From: Candidatus Bathyarchaeia archaeon
GTDB lineage: Archaea; Thermoproteota; Bathyarchaeia; Bathyarchaeales; Bathycorpusculaceae
Assembly: GCA_049969855.1 (NCBI GenBank)
Contig: JBMFOB010000029.1
Location: 1 to 11,317 of the forward strand
Reading direction: 5' to 3'
Length of the DNA: 11,317 nucleotides
In this document: piece after piece, positions 5,980-11,317 of the stretch
How the letters are laid out: each line of letters begins with the position of its first letter
Numbering within the stretch: position 1 is the first letter of the stretch
Translations under genes and position numbers: made by a program
Notes under the pieces: generated by a model
The model's database searches: none
Seen by the model: only the letters and a program-made list of their open reading frames with translations
What the model was told of the DNA's origin: nothing

Positions 5980-6864
5980 ATGACCGAACCAAAAATCAAG
6001 CGAATTTTTCCCATCCATTTAATATCCAGCTTCACTTCATTAACTAAAAGGGGGTCCTCAGGGTGGATGGTTGTTCTTGGCTCCATAATCGTTTCAGCAT
6101 TAGTCATAATGACAGCGATTGGGCCATGGGTTGCGCCTTACAGCCCAACTAAATATGGCGTTGGTCCAATAAGATCGCCTCCAAGTCTCCAGTATCTAAT
6201 GGGCACAAACCACATAGGCCAAGACATGTTCAGCAGAATTCTGGTCGGAGGATCACTGATGTTACAAATTTCGGCTCTTTCCGTTCTTATTTGTTTTGTC
6301 ATAGGTGTACCTTTAAGTCTTTTCTCCTCTTACATAGGCGGTTTTTTTGATAGCGTTGTTTCGCTGGTAATAGATGCTATTTACGCTTTTCCCGGTTTAG
6401 TCATAGCTATCGCTATAGCAGCCATGCTGGGTCCAGGAGTAATTAACATGGCTCTTTCAATTGCAGTCGTTTATATCCCATCATACTTCAGAATTGTTCG
6501 AAGCCAAGTTTTAAGTATAAAAGAGTTAACCTATGTAGAAGCAGCCAAAGCAGCTGGCGCAAAATGGCACACAATCCTATATCGTTACATCTTTCCTAAT
6601 GTTATTCCCTCAATAGTTGTGGTAGCTACAATAAACTTTGCAGACGCCGTTCTAACTGCCGCAGGCTTAACATTCATAGGATTAGGAGTAACATATGATA
6701 TACCTGACTGGGGATGGGACCTAACAAATGGAAAAGCTTATCTTGCAAGTGGGGCATGGTGGATCATCTTTTTCCCCGGTCTCATGATAGTTCTTCTCGC
6801 ACTTGGTTTCACACTCATAGGGGAAGGCCTAAGCGAACTAATAAACCCAAAGCTTCAACGTTGA
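5980..6864 (+). CDS. dppC: Peptide/nickel ABC transporter permease, DppC/OppC type
   Basis: PPS...MGTNHIGQDMFSRILVG, EAA loop YVEAAKAAGA, LTFIGLG...PDWG, WWIIFFPG and GEGL. AGGAG SD overlaps the dppB stop. Confidence 0.95.
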   Translation: MTEPKIKRIFPIHLISSFTSLTKRGSSGWMVVLGSIIVSALVIMTAIGPWVAPYSPTKYGVGPIRSPPSLQYLMGTNHIGQDMFSRILVGGSLMLQISALSVLICFVIGVPLSLFSSYIGGFFDSVVSLVIDAIYAFPGLVIAIAIAAMLGPGVINMALSIAVVYIPSYFRIVRSQVLSIKELTYVEAAKAAGAKWHTILYRYIFPNVIPSIVVVATINFADAVLTAAGLTFIGLGVTYDIPDWGWDLTNGKAYLASGAWWIIFFPGLMIVLLALGFTLIGEGLSELINPKLQR

Positions 6865-6874
6865 GGTGACACAT

Positions 6875-7849
6875 TTGCCCTTACTAGAAGTTAATTCGTT
6901 GGCTGTTGAGTACCGAACCAGCAGAGGAACCGTCCGTGCCGTTGAGGATGTCTCCTTCTCCATGGAAAAAGGCGAAACGCTGGGATTAGCCGGCGAATCT
7001 GGTTCAGGAAAATCCACACTTGGACTTTCCATAATTCGCCTTGTTCCCTACCCAGGCATCATAGCCAAAGGCAGCATAAAAATAGAAGGAAAAGAAATTT
7101 TGAAACTACGAGAAAACGAGATGCGCCTCTTAAGAGGCAAGAAAGTGGCTTACATTTTCCAAGACCCCATGATTTCCTTGAATCCGGTTAAAAAAATAGG
7201 CGACCATTTCACTGAGTTAATACATACGCATGAGCCCAAGACAAAAAAGGAAGAGGCAATTGAACGCGCCAAAGACTTGCTAAAAAATTTGGGAATATTA
7301 CCTGAACGTATAAACGATTATCCCCACCAGTTCAGCGGCGGAATGAGACAACGCATAATGATAGGCTTAGCAATCGCTTTAAATCCAGCCTTAGTAATAG
7401 CTGATGAACCCACCACAGCCTTAGATGTCATAGTTCAAGCAAAAATACTGGACTTACTTGAAGATCTACGCAAAGTGTATGGAATGGCACTTATTTTAAT
7501 TTCACACGACTTAAGCATACTATTAGAGAGATGCGACAAAATCATTGTCATGTACGCAGGACACATGATGGAATATGCGAACAGCACAGAACTTTATAAG
7601 AACCCTAAGCATCCATACACTCAAGGGCTACTTCAAAGCATCCCCAACATAGAATTAGAAGACCAAAAACTGTCAGCAATTCCAGGCTCACCCCCAGACA
7701 TGCATAACCCACCAAAAGGCTGCCGCTTCTGGCCACGCTGCTCCTACGCCACAGAAAATTGTCATTTAAAAGAACCTCCTCTAATTGATGTTGGAAATGG
7801 CCATTTTGTGCGATGCTTCTTATATGGCGAGAAAGGTGCACAACAGTGA
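6875..7849 (+). CDS. dppD: Peptide ABC transporter ATP-binding protein, DppD/OppD type
   Basis: Walker A GESGSGKST, signature FSGGMRQR, Walker B VIADEPTTALD, HPYT and a C-terminal Cys cluster. TTG 6875 is preferred over GTG 6866 because GAGGTGA (6863-6869) lies 5 nt upstream. Confidence 0.95.
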   Translation: MPLLEVNSLAVEYRTSRGTVRAVEDVSFSMEKGETLGLAGESGSGKSTLGLSIIRLVPYPGIIAKGSIKIEGKEILKLRENEMRLLRGKKVAYIFQDPMISLNPVKKIGDHFTELIHTHEPKTKKEEAIERAKDLLKNLGILPERINDYPHQFSGGMRQRIMIGLAIALNPALVIADEPTTALDVIVQAKILDLLEDLRKVYGMALILISHDLSILLERCDKIIVMYAGHMMEYANSTELYKNPKHPYTQGLLQSIPNIELEDQKLSAIPGSPPDMHNPPKGCRFWPRCSYATENCHLKEPPLIDVGNGHFVRCFLYGEKGAQQ

Positions 7850-8826
7850 GTGAAATTGTAAAAGTTGAACATTTAAAAAAATATTTTCCAGTTCAGAAAA
7901 GTTTTCTCGAACAACTTTTTACGAGAAAGCTCAGCTACGTTAAAGCTGTTGATGACGTAACCTTCTCAATAAAAAGGGGAGAAATCTTCACTCTCGCTGG
8001 AGAAAGTGGTTGTGGAAAAACAACAACTGGGAGACTCATCTTGAAACTTGCTACACCCACATCGGGCAAAATCTACTTTGAAGGCGTCGACGTAACAAAC
8101 CTTAAAGGCGAAAAGCTTCGACTCATTAGAAGAAGAATGCAGATGATTTTCCAAGACCCTTATGCATCGCTTAACCCGCGGATGAAAATAGGCGATGCGG
8201 TTGGTCATCCGCTTGAAATCCATGGTCTAGCCAAGGGAGAGGAGAAAAAGAAAATGGTTTTGGAGGTGCTTGAGAAGGTTGGTTTAACCCCTCCAGACCA
8301 ATTTGTTAATTTGTATCCGCATCAACTTAGTGGTGGCCAAAGGCAACGAGTCGCTTTGGCAAGATCTATCATTTTAAAGCCAGAGTTCATTGTTGCCGAT
8401 GAACCTGTTTCCATGATTGATGTTTCTCTCAGAACAACAATTATTGATTTAATGCTAAATTTCAGAAAAGAGTTAGGGTTAACTTACTTATTCATAACTC
8501 ATGACTTAGCGGTTGCAAAATACATTTCCGATATGATTGCCATAATGTATCTCGGAAAAATAATAGAAATGAGCAGTAAAGAACGTCTCTTTTTGAAACC
8601 TCTCCACCCCTACACACAATCTTTGCTGTCAGCCATCCCCGTTCCAAACCCGAAGAGGAAAAGAAAAATTTTAGAGCTTAAGGGAGAAGTTCCCTCTGCA
8701 ATTAATATTCCCTCTGGCTGCAGATTTCATCCACGCTGTCCATATGAAAAACTGGAATGCGCAAAAAAGGAGCCAGAGTTGGTGGAGGTTGAAAAGGGTC
8801 ATTTTGTAGCTTGCAGCTTCCTTTAG
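7846..8826 (+). CDS. dppF: Peptide ABC transporter ATP-binding protein, DppF/OppF type
   Basis: Walker A GESGCGKTT, FQDPYASLNPR, LSGGQRQR, IVADEP, HPYT and CRFHPRC. GTG 7846 overlaps the dppD stop (GTGA) and has an AGGTG SD at 7834-7838. Confidence 0.95.
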   Translation: MSEIVKVEHLKKYFPVQKSFLEQLFTRKLSYVKAVDDVTFSIKRGEIFTLAGESGCGKTTTGRLILKLATPTSGKIYFEGVDVTNLKGEKLRLIRRRMQMIFQDPYASLNPRMKIGDAVGHPLEIHGLAKGEEKKKMVLEVLEKVGLTPPDQFVNLYPHQLSGGQRQRVALARSIILKPEFIVADEPVSMIDVSLRTTIIDLMLNFRKELGLTYLFITHDLAVAKYISDMIAIMYLGKIIEMSSKERLFLKPLHPYTQSLLSAIPVPNPKRKRKILELKGEVPSAINIPSGCRFHPRCPYEKLECAKKEPELVEVEKGHFVACSFL

Positions 8827-10730
8827 TGCTTTGTTATTTGTTCTAGTTTCTTTTTTAGTATTTCGCTGACTAGTGTGGCGTTTGCTTTGCCTCTAACTTC
8901 TCTCATGATTATGCCGAGGATTATTCCGTGAGCTTTTTCCTTTTGTTCCTTAATTAAGTTTTTATTGGCTTCTATTGTGGCGTCTATGATTTTTTCAATT
9001 TCCTCTTTTGTGAGCATTTTTAAGCCAATATTGTTTATGGCTTCTTGTATTGTTTTGTCTTCGTGTTTGGAAAGCCAGCTGATGATTTCTTGTATTGTCT
9101 CTTTTGTTATTTCTCCGGAGCTTAGTTTTTTGAAGATTTCTCTCATTTGATTTTCTGAGATTTTTTCTGTTTGGATTCCTTCACGTTTTAATGCCTTCAG
9201 GGTTTCTGTTAAAAATGCTGCCACTGTTGTTGGTGAGACTCCGCTTTCTTTTACTATGGTTTCGAATGTTTCGCTGTATTCTGAATCCAGTATTTGTTTT
9301 GCTAATTTTTGGTTTAGTTTGTAGTTTTCTATTAGGCGTTTGAGTTTTTGTTCTGGAAGTTCTGGAAGATTAGCGCTAATTTTCTCCAGCATTTCTTTTG
9401 TTATTTGTGTTGGTGGGATGTCTGTTTCTGGGTACATGCGGGCTGCTCCTGGGCGTGGGCGCATGTAGCGTGTTGTGGCGTCTGGGTTTGCGGCGCGGGT
9501 TTCTTCTGGTACGCCTTTTAGGGTTTCTTTTGCTCTTTCTAAAACAGCTTTTAATGCGTCTTTTGCGTTTTCTGGAGCGTCTGCAACGAAGACTATTGCG
9601 TCTTCTTCGCTTGCCCTTACCGCCTTTTTTAGTTCTTCAATTTCTTCTGCGGTTATTCCGTAGGCTGGCATTTCGTCTGTGTGGAAGATTCCGCCTACGC
9701 GTCCCCAGAATTTTGCGTGGTCTGCCATTTCTGTTCCTAGGCGAAGGTTTGGTATAAGCTCTCTTTTGAGGAAACCCTTGAATTTTGGTAGTTTTAGTGC
9801 GAATACTTTTTGGTTTTTGTTTAGGGCTTTTTGGATGACTTTGCATTTTGTTTGTTTGAAAACTTCTGTTACGTCGTAATATTCTTCTTTTAGTTCTTCT
9901 TCTTTTGCGCCTGTCGCTTTTAGTTCTTGGGTTATTTTTGTTAGGTTTAGTTGGCGTTGGACTTCGTATTCTACAACCAGCGGTAATAGTTCTAGTTCTT
10001 GGACGCCCTTTATTTCTGTTAGGGCTCCGTTTGGGATGGATATGTTTAGGTCTTGGCGTATTGTTCCTAATCCGCGTTTGACTTTTCCTGTTGCCCTTAG
10101 GATTTTTCCTATTGCGAGTGCGACTTCTCCTGCTTCTTTTGGGGCGTTTATGACCGGGGCTGTGGCTATTTCTATTAGTGGTATGCCCAGTCTGTCTATG
10201 CGGTAGCGTATTATGTTGTTTTCTTCTTCGCCCATTTTTCGGGCTGCGTCTTCTTCTAGGCTTATGTGTTGGATGGGAATGGTTTTTTCGCCGATTTTTA
10301 TTTTTCCGTTTAGGGCTATGACGCATGTTCGTTGGAAGCCTGTTGTGTTTGAGCCGTCTATTACTGTTTTGCGCATTACGTGGATTTCTTCGACGGGTTT
10401 TGCGTTTAGCATTAGAGCCACTGTTAGGGCTATTTCTACGGCTTCCATGTTTAGCGGGTGGGGTGGTTCTTCGTCCATTTCTACGAGGCATGATGTTTGG
10501 CTGTTTGCCTCATAGAGGATTTTTGTTCCTTTTTGGAATTCGAAGTATGCTGCTGGGTCTATTTGGCCTAGTTCGCCTTGGGTTGGGCGTAATCTGCGTA
10601 TAAAAGTGATTTCTGGTTCTTCTTTGAATAGTTCTGGTTTGCATTGGCAGAAAAGTTTAGCCTTTGTGTCTAGTTGTTGGTGGATTTCTAAGCCTACTTT
10701 TAATCCGAGTTTTTCGTAGTTAATTTGCAT
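8823..10730 (-). CDS. gatE: Glu-tRNA(Gln) amidotransferase subunit E
   Basis: GLKVGLEIHQQL...KLFC, MRKTVIDGSNTTGFQRT, LEEDAARK, DRLGIPLIEIAT, RGLGTIRQDLNISI, the AspRS-like insertion (GGIFHTDEMPAYGI), RPRPGAARMYPETD and a YqeY-like tail GIIMREVRGKA; 635 aa. Confidence 0.98.
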   Translation of the reverse strand: MQINYEKLGLKVGLEIHQQLDTKAKLFCQCKPELFKEEPEITFIRRLRPTQGELGQIDPAAYFEFQKGTKILYEANSQTSCLVEMDEEPPHPLNMEAVEIALTVALMLNAKPVEEIHVMRKTVIDGSNTTGFQRTCVIALNGKIKIGEKTIPIQHISLEEDAARKMGEEENNIIRYRIDRLGIPLIEIATAPVINAPKEAGEVALAIGKILRATGKVKRGLGTIRQDLNISIPNGALTEIKGVQELELLPLVVEYEVQRQLNLTKITQELKATGAKEEELKEEYYDVTEVFKQTKCKVIQKALNKNQKVFALKLPKFKGFLKRELIPNLRLGTEMADHAKFWGRVGGIFHTDEMPAYGITAEEIEELKKAVRASEEDAIVFVADAPENAKDALKAVLERAKETLKGVPEETRAANPDATTRYMRPRPGAARMYPETDIPPTQITKEMLEKISANLPELPEQKLKRLIENYKLNQKLAKQILDSEYSETFETIVKESGVSPTTVAAFLTETLKALKREGIQTEKISENQMREIFKKLSSGEITKETIQEIISWLSKHEDKTIQEAINNIGLKMLTKEEIEKIIDATIEANKNLIKEQKEKAHGIILGIIMREVRGKANATLVSEILKKKLEQITKH

Positions 10731-11316
10731 TGGTTTTCGCCTCTTCTGGTGTTGTTCTTGGCGTTATTTCGCCTGCTATGTTTGTTTTTAGCATTTGTTT
10801 TGCTTCTTCTGGGTTTTGGGTTTGGGCGAGGGTCCACATGAGTTTTACTAGGGCTGTTTCTGGCAGCATATCCTCAAGCGGGATTACGCCTAATGCGAGT
10901 AGGTCGCGTCCTGTGTCGTATACGTTCATGTTTACCCTTCCCCATATGCATTGGGATGTCATGGCGATTATGATGTTGTTGTCTATTGCTTTTTTTATGG
11001 CGTTGAAGCAGTAGTTGCCTATATGCCCTAAGCCTGTTCCTTCTAGGATTATTCCTTTGTAGCCGTTTTCCATGTGCCATTCTATTATGGCGGGGTTCAT
11101 GTTTGGGTAAAACTTTATTAGGGCTGCTTTTTCGTTGAATTGGGGTTTCAGCGTGAGCGTTCTTTTTTTGTCTCTTGGCGTGTAATTGTCTGTTAGCATT
11201 GTTATTTTTTGGTCTTGTACGCGGGCGATGGGCTGGGCATTTATGCTTCTGAAGGCGTCGCGTCTGCTTGTGTGGCATTTGCGGACTTTTGTTCCGCGGT
11301 GTATTGCGATTGTTGT
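10720..11316 (-). CDS. gatD: Glu-tRNA(Gln) amidotransferase subunit D, C-terminal part; 5' end lies outside the window
   Basis: The frame stays open to the window edge (TTIAIHRGTKVRKCHTSRRDAFRSIN...), then reads GIILEGTGLGH, MTSQCIWGRVNMNVYDTGRDLL and DMLPETALVKLMW. These are asparaginase-like GatD motifs. It overlaps the gatE start by 11 nt. Confidence 0.97.
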   Translation of the reverse strand, partial: TTIAIHRGTKVRKCHTSRRDAFRSINAQPIARVQDQKITMLTDNYTPRDKKRTLTLKPQFNEKAALIKFYPNMNPAIIEWHMENGYKGIILEGTGLGHIGNYCFNAIKKAIDNNIIIAMTSQCIWGRVNMNVYDTGRDLLALGVIPLEDMLPETALVKLMWTLAQTQNPEEAKQMLKTNIAGEITPRTTPEEAKTNAN

Positions 11317-11317
11317 G

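Noticed and set aside
2865-8223. Small alternative-frame and antisense ORFs within the ABC operon (60-90 aa)
   Set aside because: All are nested in well-conserved transporter genes, with lengths expected by chance and no recognisable motifs.
9637-10491. 284-aa Arg/Asn/Lys-rich ORF on the same strand as gatE, and the similar 10874..11278 ORF inside gatD
   Set aside because: Out-of-frame shadows. The scarcity of T at gatDE third codon positions removes stop codons from this frame, and the composition is low-complexity and not protein-like.
8965-11014. Several + strand ORFs antisense to gatE/gatD
   Set aside because: Fully nested opposite conserved essential genes. Their Leu/Phe/Ser-rich translations reflect the T-rich strand and show no motifs.
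10720-11199. Apparently short 159-aa GatD suggesting a pseudogene
   Set aside because: The frame is open to the window edge with conserved GatD sequence. The ATG at 11199 is internal and the gene is only cut by the window.
1-11317. CRISPR arrays, tRNA/rRNA genes, IS elements or integrases
   Set aside because: No spaced direct repeats, cloverleaf or rRNA-like sequence, transposase or recombinase motifs, or terminal inverted repeats were seen by eye. Intergenic gaps are all under ~175 bp.

Overview
Archaeal chromosomal window. The gatD-gatE pair, archaeal-type SD sequences and a BRE/TATA promoter support this; a TACK lineage such as Bathyarchaeia is my inference only. From left to right it holds: the 3' end of a nitroreductase-family gene (+); a tightly packed minus-strand trio of ~160-aa uncharacterised proteins that share one architecture (N-terminal beta-hairpin plus helix, C-terminal winged helix), two of them clearly paralogous; a divergent gene for a membrane-anchored coiled-coil/zinc-ribbon protein; a complete five-gene Dpp/Opp-family ABC importer; and convergent gatE plus the 3' part of gatD. 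The best candidate for an undescribed system is the winged-helix trio with its divergent membrane partner. Other points of note are a perfect 16-bp palindrome at the ABC operon's predicted transcription start, a coiled-coil stalk on the substrate-binding protein, a two-helix insertion in the DppB permease, and a reversal of A+C versus G+T strand skew across the window that does not follow gene orientation. No RNA genes, CRISPR arrays or mobile elements were seen.
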